A program made the translations under genes and the position numbers. The notes under the pieces were generated by a model. That model did no database searches, was not told the DNA's origin, and saw nothing but the letters and a program-made list of their open reading frames with translations. DNA of 40,029 nucleotides, taken from IMG/VR virus record IMGVR_UViG_3300022670_000748, positions 1-40,029 of that record; one strand, written 5' to 3'. This DNA comes from a virus. Lineage: Duplodnaviria; Caudoviricetes. Below are positions 18,485-28,268 of the stretch, in pieces; the first letter of the stretch is position 1; every line of letters begins with the position of its first letter.

Positions 18485-18869
18485 AATTCACCTCTTGAGC
18501 AGTAGTACCACGCCTTGTACATTTTAACTGTAAATAAAACTTTCTATTATCTAAAGCATTTAAACCATCATGCAAGATACGAAAAAATTCGTTATCATGT
18601 TGAATAATCCAAGAGCTATTTATATCAGCTATATGTCTTATATAAAATAAATGAGTTGCTACGTCTTCAATATTAGTATTGTTAACATTAAGTGAGCCTC
18701 GAGTGATGACTATTGCAGCCCTAGTTTGCACTTGTTCAAGAAACTCAATGCTTACATCAACATCAGTAGGAGCATTTAATTCCCGTTTAAAGAGTGTGAT
18801 ATTAAATCGCAACGCACCCGCACAAACCTTAATTCTGGCTGGTATTTTTATTGTTTGACAGCTTGCCAT
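18477..18869 (-). CDS. Head closure (head-tail adaptor) protein
   Basis: AGALRFNITL, THLFYIRH, LQLKC motifs; position. Confidence 0.8.
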   Translation of the reverse strand: MASCQTIKIPARIKVCAGALRFNITLFKRELNAPTDVDVSIEFLEQVQTRAAIVITRGSLNVNNTNIEDVATHLFYIRHIADINSSWIIQHDNEFFRILHDGLNALDNRKFYLQLKCTRRGTTAQEVNFV

Positions 18870-19017
18870 TTTCTTTCTTAGTTAAGACTTTTCTTAAAAC
18901 CCCTAGACCTACAAACATATCATAATCAGTAGCCTCATTAGATTTTGGACTGTAATCTTCGCCTCTTTTAAAAACATAGTTATTATATTTAAAATCTTTT
19001 AAACATTTAAAACTCAT
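18829..19017 (-). CDS. Small hypothetical protein in neck module
   Basis: GAGGTG RBS; fills the gap. Confidence 0.6.
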   Translation of the reverse strand: MSFKCLKDFKYNNYVFKRGEDYSPKSNEATDYDMFVGLGVLRKVLTKKENGKLSNNKNTSQN

Positions 19018-19027
19018 CTTAACACCT

Positions 19028-19687
19028 CTATAATTTAAGTATTCTTTCTTGCAATAACAAAGCTCTTGCAGCTCCTGTTACATAATGACCCACACTATTA
19101 TCGCAGGAACAATCGCCCCTGTCAGCATATAAAGCAGTAATAATATTAAGTGCTGCTACTTGAATGTTGAAAGGAATTGGGTCTAATCCCGCAGTAAAAG
19201 TGATTTTAATGCTTTGTTGAATACGGTCTTTGTCAGTTGGATACACTTGATCTGGTCTTAACAATATCTTAGCGTATCTGGCTTGATCGAAAGTTACATA
19301 ATAAATAGTGTCATCTAATAATGTAAATACTCCATCAATTAAATATTCTACTTTAGTAACAACTAATACCGGAGAACGCTCTATTAAAAAATTGTTTTCT
19401 GTATAATATTCTGGGAAAATAGATGGGAAACTTATAAACCCATTGCCAAAATAATCCCTAAAAGTCTCATAAGTGCGTACAAAATAATCACGCCTTGTGA
19501 AATTCTCAATATATTGGGTTACAGACTTTGAATACAATGTTAAAAGTGCATCATCTGTGGTATTAGAAACTGGAATATTTAATTGTTGTTTAATTTGCTC
19601 TAAAGTAACGAGGTCGCCCACTGGCTCTACAATAATAGTATAGAGAAATGGACGACTATCGAAAGGGACGTAACCGCCTCTAGGCAT
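19028..19687 (-). CDS. Head-tail connector protein (HK97 gp6 / phiE125 gp8-like)
   Basis: VTLEQIKQQL.I...DDALL, IENFTRR, ITFTAG, LY..RGD motifs. Confidence 0.9.
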   Translation of the reverse strand: MPRGGYVPFDSRPFLYTIIVEPVGDLVTLEQIKQQLNIPVSNTTDDALLTLYSKSVTQYIENFTRRDYFVRTYETFRDYFGNGFISFPSIFPEYYTENNFLIERSPVLVVTKVEYLIDGVFTLLDDTIYYVTFDQARYAKILLRPDQVYPTDKDRIQQSIKITFTAGLDPIPFNIQVAALNIITALYADRGDCSCDNSVGHYVTGAARALLLQERILKL

Positions 19688-19859
19688 TATCAGCCTCTTT
19701 AGCAGGTCTCCCCCGTGAGACTACTTTTTCAAGTTTACCTTGTTCAATCAGTGATAAAGCTGTTTTATCAACAATATCAGCGACTTCCCCTTTTTTGTAA
19801 ACTCTCTGCTCACGCACAGAGAGTGCAAAAGGAACGTTAGATAAAAATTTTACTTTCAT
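19680..19859 (-). CDS. Small hypothetical protein, 59 aa (not in ORF track)
   Basis: MKVKFLSNVPFALSVREQRVYKKGEVADIVDKTALSLIEQGKLEKV...; GAGGT RBS; typical post-capsid small gene. Confidence 0.7.
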   Translation of the reverse strand: MKVKFLSNVPFALSVREQRVYKKGEVADIVDKTALSLIEQGKLEKVVSRGRPAKEADNA

Positions 19860-19875
19860 AAATTTAACCTCACTT

Positions 19876-20304
19876 CTAACTTACGTCAGGTGCGTCAACA
19901 GGAACCAACTCAGCAGATTGAGCAGCAATTACAGTTACCACAGCACCAGTTGTTACACCGGCTGCGACCACTGACACCCTCAAAAAGCGTCTGTTAGAAA
20001 ATACACCTACCGTCTGTACTTTATCACCATCAACAGCCGCAGCAATTAACGTAATATCAGCTAAACTACCGATAATTTGATCTGTTGGTACCGGTGCTGC
20101 ATCTGCCAAAGCTGGGTCTTCACCATCTTCAATTACAAAAGTATATGAACCGTCTGTAAATGAAGTAAGCAAAAACTCATACATAAAGCCAATATCAAAA
20201 TTAGCTGTATCAATGATAAACCCAGTTGTAGTGCCATTAGCTGTTACATTAGTGTTCAAAGCTACATTTGCAAGCAGATTTGAACGAATATCAAAATTTG
20301 CCAT
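19876..20304 (-). CDS. Putative capsid decoration protein
   Basis: Directly after capsid gene; beta-rich, RRFLRVSVV motif; GGAG RBS. Confidence 0.6.
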   Translation of the reverse strand: MANFDIRSNLLANVALNTNVTANGTTTGFIIDTANFDIGFMYEFLLTSFTDGSYTFVIEDGEDPALADAAPVPTDQIIGSLADITLIAAAVDGDKVQTVGVFSNRRFLRVSVVAAGVTTGAVVTVIAAQSAELVPVDAPDVS

Positions 20305-20322
20305 TTTTTATACTCCCCAGCG

Positions 20323-21651
20323 TTACGCTGATAATCTCAAAATTTTTAAACTTTCAAAGTTCCAAACTCCACCAGCTACCCTTTTACGCATTCTGAATTT
20401 GACAAAGCCATTGTCAGCCGCAGTAAATGGGTCTCTTAGAATTGTAATACCAATCCGATCACCAATTATGTAAGTTTGTTGCATGTCGCCGTAACACAAA
20501 GATAAACTATCAGTTGCAGGATTTGGTAAATCATTGAAGAATACTACCTCTTGACCCAACAATTGCAGAGTTCTAGCTTCTTGTAAAAACCTAGTATTGA
20601 AAATAAAACGACCTTGAGCATCTTTCAAAGTAGTAATTTGTTGGAAACCAATCCGCCTAATAAACCACTTGGCATTAGGTTGATAAAGTTCTTTTAGATT
20701 GTTTTGAAGTTCTTTGATGCCGTCAGAAGTAATATTACCAGCAGACCCACTTGAGATTTGTTGGATATGATCTCTACCGTAAGCACCGTTAGGATCGTTC
20801 ACTTCTGCTACTGTATAATCATCAAAAGTTAAAAATCCACGCGGTCTTTGTGAACCGTTGCCAGTTACAAATGCAGTGTTTTCGGTACGAGTAATAATAT
20901 CAATACCTTTATTTACAATAAAGTTTTCAATATCAATACTTGAATCTTCTAGCATCCAATTAGATGCCTTAGGAATTGCAAATTGCTCATGTGCAGTAAA
21001 TCTTTGGACACCAAGGTTAGCAGTGTCAGTTTCCGCCCTTGTTTGAATTTCCCCAACAAACCCACCAGACTCTGCTTGCTGATCGTTAATAATCATCTCG
21101 ATAAAAGGAGATGCCATCGGAATTACTGTTGCATGGGCTCGCATAGGCGAAGTTTCAAACACACGAGTAATCATTTGGGCTAAAAGCTGCGGACGAATAA
21201 AATAACCACCTTGAGGGTTAATACCTTCAACCATGCTTTTAGCAACCATATCAATTTTATCTTTTGATACATGTTTTAAAGTCTTCATAACAGCCATTCT
21301 GTTTAATTCTTTAGCACTTGTGTTGTCAAATGTAGTATCATATCGTAGATAATCAGAAAATTTTTCTTTATATTCTAATTCTATATCAGAGAGGGTATCA
21401 TCACCCTTATCATTACTACCTACACCACGAGCCATTTGTTTAGCAAGAATGTCAATAGACTTTTGCATGACAATCTCTTTCTCTTTAGCTTTCTGCAATT
21501 CTGCACCAAGCTTGGTGATTTCTTCACCAGTTGATCTGACATTATCTTCATACCCTGCAAACTTTTTCTCACTTGCTTTTTGACCAGCAACAATTGCTTG
21601 ACCAATTTGGTCTAACTTGTCGTTAGTTTCTTTGACTTCCTCAATATTCAT
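20323..21651 (-). CDS. Major capsid protein, HK97 fold
   Basis: Coiled-coil delta domain, GGYFIRP, ENTAFVTGNGSQRPRG, LLGQEV, YGDM...Y.I.DR, RDPF...VKF...KRVAGGV. Confidence 0.96.
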   Translation of the reverse strand: MNIEEVKETNDKLDQIGQAIVAGQKASEKKFAGYEDNVRSTGEEITKLGAELQKAKEKEIVMQKSIDILAKQMARGVGSNDKGDDTLSDIELEYKEKFSDYLRYDTTFDNTSAKELNRMAVMKTLKHVSKDKIDMVAKSMVEGINPQGGYFIRPQLLAQMITRVFETSPMRAHATVIPMASPFIEMIINDQQAESGGFVGEIQTRAETDTANLGVQRFTAHEQFAIPKASNWMLEDSSIDIENFIVNKGIDIITRTENTAFVTGNGSQRPRGFLTFDDYTVAEVNDPNGAYGRDHIQQISSGSAGNITSDGIKELQNNLKELYQPNAKWFIRRIGFQQITTLKDAQGRFIFNTRFLQEARTLQLLGQEVVFFNDLPNPATDSLSLCYGDMQQTYIIGDRIGITILRDPFTAADNGFVKFRMRKRVAGGVWNFESLKILRLSA

Positions 21652-21652
21652 T

Positions 21653-22303
21653 TTATAACCTCTTGAGTTGAATTTTTAAAATATCATCAAGCTTTTTTAA
21701 CAATATCTCTTTATTTGGATCATCTGCAAACTCTACTTTGCTAGATAGAAAAACAGCCGCTTTTCTTGAAAATCCAGCATCACGCAGGACACTTTCAAGA
21801 TCACGCTTGTTCTTTAAACTTTCTAAATCTCTAATCTCTATGGACTTAAAATCTGTAATTTTAGCTCCTCTGTTAGCTGGGAAGGTAACTAAGGAGACTT
21901 CGTGTAAATCTAATTTTTTAATAAAACGTATGCCGTCTTTAATTTCAAAGTCATCACGGCTCATTGAAAACCCAATACTCATGGAATTGATGCTGCCAAT
22001 CTCTATTTGCGGTATAACCCTACCAGTTACAAATGTATCATTTTTAGGCAACTTTCCTTTTAAAAACAATCCGTTATCTCTTTCTTTAGCTTCCATAGTA
22101 ATACCAATTGGCTCAAAAGTATTATGCTGGAATAAAATAGTGGGTAATCCTTTTTTCAAGGAGTCATTAAACGCCCCTTTCTCAATCACATCATCGTGCA
22201 AATCTTTTTCAAAAGTGCTAGCAAGCCCTTCGAAAATAAAAAAACTATTGTCTGACTTTATATTATTGATTGCAAAATCAAATTTTAAAACATTTGTGTT
22301 CAT
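21653..22303 (-). CDS. HK97-family prohead protease
   Basis: FEGLASTF, DVIEKGAF, LFQH, MSIGF, LHEVSLVTFPAN motifs. Confidence 0.96.
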   Translation of the reverse strand: MNTNVLKFDFAINNIKSDNSFFIFEGLASTFEKDLHDDVIEKGAFNDSLKKGLPTILFQHNTFEPIGITMEAKERDNGLFLKGKLPKNDTFVTGRVIPQIEIGSINSMSIGFSMSRDDFEIKDGIRFIKKLDLHEVSLVTFPANRGAKITDFKSIEIRDLESLKNKRDLESVLRDAGFSRKAAVFLSSKVEFADDPNKEILLKKLDDILKIQLKRL

Positions 22304-22318
22304 GTACGCATCTCTTTG

Positions 22319-22356
22319 TGTTCAAAAATTGTACACTATTTGAATAATATTGGCAA
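22319..22356 (-). promoter_or_regulatory. Sigma70-like promoter of capsid operon (TTGCCA-N17-TACAAT) overlapped by operator variant
   Basis: Shares TATATATTTG...AAATAGTGTACAATTTTTGAACA (minus strand) with 16938 region. Confidence 0.65.
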
Positions 22357-22370
22357 ATATATAAAGGATA

Positions 22371-22399
22371 TTGACAAAGTGTAATTTATCATATACTAT
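22371..22399 (+). promoter_or_regulatory. Sigma70 promoter TTGACA-N17-TACTAT (family copy)
   Basis: Consensus -35; spacer conserved with 28269, 32876 and 37705 copies. Confidence 0.75.
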
Positions 22400-22430
22400 T
22401 AGTTTCAGGTTAAGTAGGTTGAGGTAAGTT

Positions 22431-23081
22431 ATGAAGAAAATAATTAGTTTATTTAAACGTGATTTAAAAGGCGTTGGCAAATATGGTAATCATCTTGTAT
22501 ATGATGAGATTACCGAAGGGGCAGAATGGGTTGCTAATGGTGAAGGAATGCCAACACAAAAATTAGATGGTACCTGCTGTTTAATTGAAAATGAAAAACT
22601 TTATAAAAGATATGAAGTTAAAAAGGGTAAAACTCCTCCTGCTAATTTTAAACCTGCAAATGAGATTGATCCTGTAACAGGAAAGCAGCAAGGGTGGGTA
22701 GCGGTAGGTGAAGGAGCGGAAGACAAATGGCACCTTGAGGCTTTTGTTAACATAAACGGCATAGAAGATTTTATTTGTAGTCATGGAGCAATTGCTCCTA
22801 TAAAAGATGGAACTTATGAATTGATTGGTCCTAAAATTCAAGGCAATTCCGAAAATGCTCACTCACATCGTTTAGTAAGACATTTAGATATTATACCAAT
22901 TCCTAAAGAAGTAAATTGTCCTAGAACTTTTATAGAACTTAAAAAATGGCTTTCAAAAATAGCTATTGAAGGCATTGTCTGGCATCACCCTGATGGAAGA
23001 ATGGTTAAAATAAAGACAAAAGACTTTGGGCTAAAAAGAACTAAAATAGATAAAGTAATTACAAAAATAGGTGATATATAA
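22431..23081 (+). CDS. RNA ligase-like nucleotidyltransferase (DUF5565/RLIG1-like)
   Basis: Motif I KLDGTCC, TYELIGPKIQGN, EGIVWHH.DGRMVKIK (motifs IV/V). Confidence 0.8.
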   Translation: MKKIISLFKRDLKGVGKYGNHLVYDEITEGAEWVANGEGMPTQKLDGTCCLIENEKLYKRYEVKKGKTPPANFKPANEIDPVTGKQQGWVAVGEGAEDKWHLEAFVNINGIEDFICSHGAIAPIKDGTYELIGPKIQGNSENAHSHRLVRHLDIIPIPKEVNCPRTFIELKKWLSKIAIEGIVWHHPDGRMVKIKTKDFGLKRTKIDKVITKIGDI

Positions 23082-23087
23082 TAAATT

Positions 23088-23420
23088 ATGAAAAAAATAG
23101 CAACTATAACTGGAATTTGCGATGATTTTACTTTTTATCAGCTACAAGGAACTTTTGAAGATGGAAGGAATTTTTACATTCGTTATAAATATGGTTATTT
23201 ATCAATTCATGTAGGTGATACAAGTGAAAGTAATATTGTTGATAATGATTATATTATATATGAGGACAAAATGGATATAGATATTCCTCCAAAGGCTAAA
23301 ATCAAAAAAATCATGAAAAATCTTGGGTTTATCTTTCCATTAGACGAATTTGATTGTGTAAAACACTTGTCTGACAATCTTGATAAATATATCAAAAAGA
23401 CTAAAAAACCAAGTGCATAG
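23088..23420 (+). CDS. Hypothetical protein
   Basis: Q..G.F.DGR.FYIRYKYG.LSI; co-transcribed with ligase. Confidence 0.7.
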   Translation: MKKIATITGICDDFTFYQLQGTFEDGRNFYIRYKYGYLSIHVGDTSESNIVDNDYIIYEDKMDIDIPPKAKIKKIMKNLGFIFPLDEFDCVKHLSDNLDKYIKKTKKPSA

Positions 23421-24201
23421 AACACCTACAGTTGATGATATTGCCTAGAGTCGCACCTAAACTAGTATCTCCGGGGAATTTTAACAATTCACCTCCTACA
23501 ACAAATGGATTATTAACATCTTGAACTTGCCCATCAGCTTCTCCATGGGCTTCACGCTCTCTCCCGTCTAAAATTGTTTGCCATGATTTTGGCTTATCAT
23601 CTGGCTTGCCTAACTCATCTTTTACTTTACTATTTACAGTTTTTAATTTATTTTGCTTTGTGCTTTCTGCTGCATGTTGCACTGTTGTTTGAGAGATAGT
23701 GTCAGTCCTTGCGTCAAAATTATCAGTTAGTTTTTGTTTAAAATCTTTTGTGGATAAGTTTTGTAACGCTATCTCTTGTACTTGTTTTATATTAGTATTT
23801 TCAATCTGTTGGGCAGAAGTGCTAACGTAATTATTCATTGTGGATAAGTTTAATAACATCTCTTCGTCATTAACTTGTGAGATAATATCACTTACAGTTG
23901 TTTCACCAGTAAAGTCTAAATCCGCTATCTCTTGGAATTCTTTGTAAGTTTGAGTTTCTGGAGTAATCAAAGCATTAGTTGCTTTAGAAAAAACCCCAAT
24001 TGTCTGTAAATAAAAAGCAGATAACAAACCAGCAATCGCCGTAGTATAAACAGCTACAGGGTGTGAGGCATCAGTATTATTGTCATAAGCCAGAACCACA
24101 TTTGCAGTCATTAAAGAATAAACTTTATCAAGCTGAGTATTTAACTGATTCTCTATCTTAATCTTTTTAGCAGTATCTATATCTTGCTGAGAGATTGCCA
24201 T
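23401..24201 (-). CDS. Head morphogenesis protein (MuF / SPP1 gp7-like)
   Basis: KSWQTILDGREREAHGEADGQ...PF.VGGELLKFPGD...NIINCRC. Confidence 0.9.
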   Translation of the reverse strand: MAISQQDIDTAKKIKIENQLNTQLDKVYSLMTANVVLAYDNNTDASHPVAVYTTAIAGLLSAFYLQTIGVFSKATNALITPETQTYKEFQEIADLDFTGETTVSDIISQVNDEEMLLNLSTMNNYVSTSAQQIENTNIKQVQEIALQNLSTKDFKQKLTDNFDARTDTISQTTVQHAAESTKQNKLKTVNSKVKDELGKPDDKPKSWQTILDGREREAHGEADGQVQDVNNPFVVGGELLKFPGDTSLGATLGNIINCRCSMHLVF

Positions 24202-25601
24202 AATACTTTAATCTCAATATCAGTTTTACCATTATTTTTCATAAGCTTAGCAAACTCTGTAAACTCTTTTGATGCCTCATCTGGGGGTTGAAAGCCAAAA
24301 GGTGCTGGAGTTGTTGGAATCTCATCGCCGCCTTCAATATCTGGATACCCTAATTCCTGCCGTAATTCATTCTTAGTATTAACCTTAATTTGTGATGCAA
24401 CTAATGTATTAGCCAATACTTCTGGTTTTAAGGCTTCAATCTCCGTTAGATCAATCCCAAATTCTAGGTTTTCGGTATCTGGGTAACGAGGCAATAAAAG
24501 TTTGGTAAGCTTTTTATTCATTGTTTTAGCTAACGGAATGACTGCGTCTTCTGCAAGCAATAATCTTGCGGTTTGTAAATTATTAAGTGTCATTGTTGAT
24601 TCTTGAAACAAAGCCAGAGGGAATCCATACACATTTGCAATTGCTGTTCGCATAGATGAATGTATCTCTTTAAATTGCATATCAGTATTAGATTGCCCTA
24701 TTTCCTTAGCATCTAAACCATCTAAAACTATCACTTTCCCAGCATTTGATGCTCCTTTGTATTTCTCCATTTGTTCTTTTACACGTTGGTATTGATCCTC
24801 AGTAAGCTCTTCATTATTATTGTTTACCAGTGCTAATGACAATCTAGCACCATTGCGTAGCAATGCTAAATTGTTAATATTACCTTGTATGTACTGTTCA
24901 ATCTCAGGGAACAGCGGGGCAGATTTTGACAGTCCAAAATAACTAAGAGCTCCAATAGCAGGGTTAAAATCTTTAACATGTACTAATTCTTTCATTCTGT
25001 CCTTATTATAATAACGTAATCCGCTAGGAGTTTGCTCAATATGGAATCTAATAGTAGAAGTACCTGTTGTAGCCCCAAAAAGATTAAAAAAATAACTTTC
25101 TGGATATGAACCTATATTTTGAGTCTCTTGGTTGGGAGTAACATTTATGGGAGACGCTGTCCAAATTTCCAAAGGCGGATTATCTACATTTCCAGTTAAT
25201 AGTAAAAAAACATTGCCACTTGCAAGATAATAAGACGCTAATTCTTTTTTAAATTCAAAAGCAGTCTCTAGGTCATTTGGATTACTATTTAATAAATCTA
25301 AAACTGGGTGATCTGTGATAAATTCACCTGTAATTTTATCTTGTAGAGTAAAATTGATACAAGCAAAAGCATCGGCTATGCGTCTAATGCACATAAACAA
25401 AGGGCTGCAACGTTCATAATATAATAAAGCAATTCGTATTTGTCTGGTGCCATAGAGTCCATCAATAAAGTTAAATTCCGAAGGATTGGTAATAAATAAG
25501 TTATCTAAAAATTTTTGTTTAAAGCCGGTTAGCTGTTTATTCTCAATATTAAGCTGATTGTTTTCAGCTTCCAACAGTTTAGTTTTTTTATTCCAAAACA
25601 T
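24177..25601 (-). CDS. Portal protein, HK97 family
   Basis: HPVLDLLNSNPN, GNVF, YFGLS, NGARLS, GASNAGKVIVL, DMQF, NELRQELGYP. Confidence 0.95.
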   Translation of the reverse strand: MFWNKKTKLLEAENNQLNIENKQLTGFKQKFLDNLFITNPSEFNFIDGLYGTRQIRIALLYYERCSPLFMCIRRIADAFACINFTLQDKITGEFITDHPVLDLLNSNPNDLETAFEFKKELASYYLASGNVFLLLTGNVDNPPLEIWTASPINVTPNQETQNIGSYPESYFFNLFGATTGTSTIRFHIEQTPSGLRYYNKDRMKELVHVKDFNPAIGALSYFGLSKSAPLFPEIEQYIQGNINNLALLRNGARLSLALVNNNNEELTEDQYQRVKEQMEKYKGASNAGKVIVLDGLDAKEIGQSNTDMQFKEIHSSMRTAIANVYGFPLALFQESTMTLNNLQTARLLLAEDAVIPLAKTMNKKLTKLLLPRYPDTENLEFGIDLTEIEALKPEVLANTLVASQIKVNTKNELRQELGYPDIEGGDEIPTTPAPFGFQPPDEASKEFTEFAKLMKNNGKTDIEIKVLWQSLSKI

Positions 25602-26849
25602 TTACCAAATCTCAAAACTTCTATTCCGCTGCGGTTTTAATAACAATTTGCTCAATACCCACACTGCCGCATCTAACCTGTCAGGTGATTTTTTAGAATT
25701 GATAGGAACGTATGTAACATACTCATCTTCTAAATCTTGCAAACCTTTCGCATGATGAATTTCACCCCGCTCATAAAATGCCGTAATTGGTTCTGCTCGA
25801 GCAAATTTGCCTTTACTTGCACGTACTTCAACTACCTTAACATTTTTGTCGATAGATTTTAACACGTGCTTACACATATCGCCACCTTGATTGACCTCAA
25901 CGACTATAAAATTAGCTTCATGCTCATTATAAGCGTTAATTACTGTTTGTCCCCATTTTTCAGGACTCGCGATCAATGAATAGTCAGCCAACACATTTGC
26001 TCGCTTACCATCACTGCTGGCAACTATTATTCCTGTCAAATCTGAGTCTTCTTTTTCACTGATTGCAGGATCAACCCCAATTCCAGTAACTCGTTCCTCA
26101 CATTTTTCGACCATTTGAGCTTTAATAACCCAATCCAATAACCATAAAGCACCTTCAATATCGCTTATAAATAATCCTTTCAAGAATCTATCACGCTGTC
26201 TTTTCGGCAAACTTTCTAAAAAGCTCTCAATATAGCCAAGAGGCAGATTATCTCTATTATCAACTGGATTCATTAACAAAGACGCATAATGCTGAGGATT
26301 AGCTATTTTTTCTTTAGTTTGTGGGTCTTTATTCAGAATAAATAATGAATAACACCAGTGTGATTGGCTCGGGGGGTTACAATCATAATAAATCTTATTT
26401 GTTAAACCTGATTTTTCAGATATTCTTGATATTGTTGTAAGAACACTGTCATATTCTAATTGTGAGCACTCGTTAAAATAAATAGTAGAATATTTTGTAC
26501 CTAACACTTTTTCTGTGCGTTCCTTGCTATCCAAACCTGCTATCCATATTTGGCTGCCGTTACTTAATTCAATATAAAAATCTACTTTATCCCATCTGAC
26601 AATTAAATCAGGAAAACATAAAGCTAAAACACATGGTAATGTATCATGCCAAATTGAAGTTTTGACGTGATTAAAACGATGCCTTACTATCAAATGCCTA
26701 CTTTTCTTTGAGACAGCTCTTATCAAAATAGCTCTTAATAATATGAATGTTTTGCCAGACTGGCTCCCTCCGAATAACATTAAATGAATAGCAGAAGATG
26801 TTAATAAGTCTAACGCTTGTAGTTGTTTATTTGTGTGTTTAAATGACAT
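25602..26849 (-). CDS. Terminase large subunit
   Basis: Walker A GGSQSGKT, Walker B IYFNE, coupling DCNP, nuclease GVDPA...DLTGI...PDRLDA. Confidence 0.96.
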   Translation of the reverse strand: MSFKHTNKQLQALDLLTSSAIHLMLFGGSQSGKTFILLRAILIRAVSKKSRHLIVRHRFNHVKTSIWHDTLPCVLALCFPDLIVRWDKVDFYIELSNGSQIWIAGLDSKERTEKVLGTKYSTIYFNECSQLEYDSVLTTISRISEKSGLTNKIYYDCNPPSQSHWCYSLFILNKDPQTKEKIANPQHYASLLMNPVDNRDNLPLGYIESFLESLPKRQRDRFLKGLFISDIEGALWLLDWVIKAQMVEKCEERVTGIGVDPAISEKEDSDLTGIIVASSDGKRANVLADYSLIASPEKWGQTVINAYNEHEANFIVVEVNQGGDMCKHVLKSIDKNVKVVEVRASKGKFARAEPITAFYERGEIHHAKGLQDLEDEYVTYVPINSKKSPDRLDAAVWVLSKLLLKPQRNRSFEIW

Positions 26850-26874
26850 TAAAAATTATAGCCAATCTAATTTT

Positions 26875-27282
26875 TCATAAATCCTTTTCTTTATCAATTA
26901 TATTAACATTTATTGTGGTAGGTTTAGTTTCTTCTTTATCGCCTAAATTTAAAAAGTGTCTTGCTCTGATATTAAGCTCTGTAGAATTAGCCTTGGGAAG
27001 TTTGCCAAATGCACTTTTCATGTGATAAGTATCTGTTGTTAGATAAGCTTGGCATTTAATCCTGTCCAAAAACTCATGCAATTCTTCTTTATATTGTGAA
27101 CCATCTCTTTTTAGATAGCGTCTAAAAGTAGTGCCGCTGACATCACAAATAGCAGCTAGTATTTGAATTTTATATAAACCGCCGCTCTTAAAATGTTTTT
27201 CTAAAAGCGGCTTCCATTTTTTAAAATTGTATTTTTTATCAGAATAAAAGCTCTCTGTTTCTGCATCATAATAAGCACTCAT
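26875..27282 (-). CDS. Putative terminase small subunit
   Basis: Directly upstream of TerL; HTH-like LAAICDVSGTTFRRYL; C-terminal INVNI strand. Confidence 0.65.
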   Translation of the reverse strand: MSAYYDAETESFYSDKKYNFKKWKPLLEKHFKSGGLYKIQILAAICDVSGTTFRRYLKRDGSQYKEELHEFLDRIKCQAYLTTDTYHMKSAFGKLPKANSTELNIRARHFLNLGDKEETKPTTINVNIIDKEKDL

Positions 27283-27806
27283 TTTTTACCTTTTTTAATA
27301 AAAATTTCTTGGATAGGCAATTCACAACCCTTAGAGATTTTACAAGCTATTTCTACAGCATGTTTTGCTGTGCCGCCATCTGCTAATATTGCTGTTGCAA
27401 TTTGACCACCAGCACCAATAGCAAAATAATTTTTTACTTGTCTAATCTCTCTCTCTCCGTAATGGATAAAAAATACTTTATTATCAACAACAAAAATATA
27501 TTCATTAAAAGTGTGTGGGCTTTCTGCTTCTTTTACATTTTTTAAACGCATTATTTTTTCTCTAAAATCTGCAAACTTAGACATATATTCTAAGATATTA
27601 ACACAGCTAATACCAGACACTTTATTGTGTATGCAAAATTCCTCAAATAATTTATTCTCTGAGGTAAATCCGGCACCTGCAAAAACTATATTACCAGTTT
27701 GATATATTTTTTTTTGGTTGTTCCACTTATAATTTGAAGTCTCTCCATAACTATCAGTTACTAAATGTATGCCATCATCTGTTATCTTAACTGCAATAGC
27801 TGTCAT
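27279..27806 (-). CDS. Proteasome-beta/HslV-like Ntn hydrolase
   Basis: N-terminal (M)T-AIAV, TDS, KKI, FAGAG, YFAIGAGGQIA, AVEIACK motifs. Confidence 0.8.
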   Translation of the reverse strand: MTAIAVKITDDGIHLVTDSYGETSNYKWNNQKKIYQTGNIVFAGAGFTSENKLFEEFCIHNKVSGISCVNILEYMSKFADFREKIMRLKNVKEAESPHTFNEYIFVVDNKVFFIHYGEREIRQVKNYFAIGAGGQIATAILADGGTAKHAVEIACKISKGCELPIQEIFIKKGKK

Positions 27807-28024
27807 TTATTCAACCTTGTTAATTTCTTTAATTCTTCGTTCCAATCAGCAATTCGTTGTTGTGTCTCATCTGATACGCCTGTTTGATAAAACTCGTGTC
27901 CTTCCTCTAAATTATCATCTTTTTTCTTTTGTTTACGAGATAACCGCAATTCCTGTCTCAAGATATAAGCTAATATACAAATGCCTATAACTACAATTAT
28001 AAATATAACAATCTTATTTAGCAT
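27803..28024 (-). CDS. Small single-TM membrane protein, first gene of terminase operon
   Basis: IVIFIIVVIGICILAYIL helix followed by charged tail; ATGA coupling. Confidence 0.7.
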   Translation of the reverse strand: MLNKIVIFIIVVIGICILAYILRQELRLSRKQKKKDDNLEEGHEFYQTGVSDETQQRIADWNEELKKLTRLNK

Positions 28025-28044
28025 CTATTACTTAACCTTTTTTA

Positions 28045-28087
28045 AAAAAAAAGCTTATGTGTTTCGAAACTAGGCACATAAGCTTTT
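28045..28087 (-). terminator. Intrinsic terminator in late leader
   Basis: AAAAGCTTATGTG...CACATAAGCTTTT inverted repeat ending in a 9-T run on the minus strand. Confidence 0.75.
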
Positions 28088-28090
28088 AAA

Positions 28091-28157
28091 GCTGAGGTAG
28101 GATTCGAACCCACATCCCTTGGGTATACCCAAAAAATATACCTGTGCAATACCCAGC
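28091..28157 (-). ncRNA. tRNA-like element (intact T-arm and acceptor-like stem, aberrant D and anticodon arms)
   Basis: Minus strand: GCTGGG...TTGGG-TATA-CCCAA...GTGGG-TTCGAAT-CCTAC-CTCAGC. Confidence 0.55.
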
Positions 28158-28268
28158 AAAATTTATAGAAAGTGATTGAATATTTTTAAACTAATTATCT
28201 GTCTGCTTGAATAGCGTTCGCAGCAAGATATTAGCAACATTCATCACTTAACAAGCTATCATCTCAAA

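Noticed and set aside
4773-21183. Many 60-120 aa plus-strand ORFs within the structural module
   Set aside because: All lie antisense to well-supported structural genes
21738-22343. 201-aa plus-strand ORF
   Set aside because: Antisense shadow of the prohead protease; no RBS or motifs
28091-28157. Functional tRNA gene
   Set aside because: No 7-nt anticodon loop, D-arm does not pair, no CCA; kept only as tRNA-like
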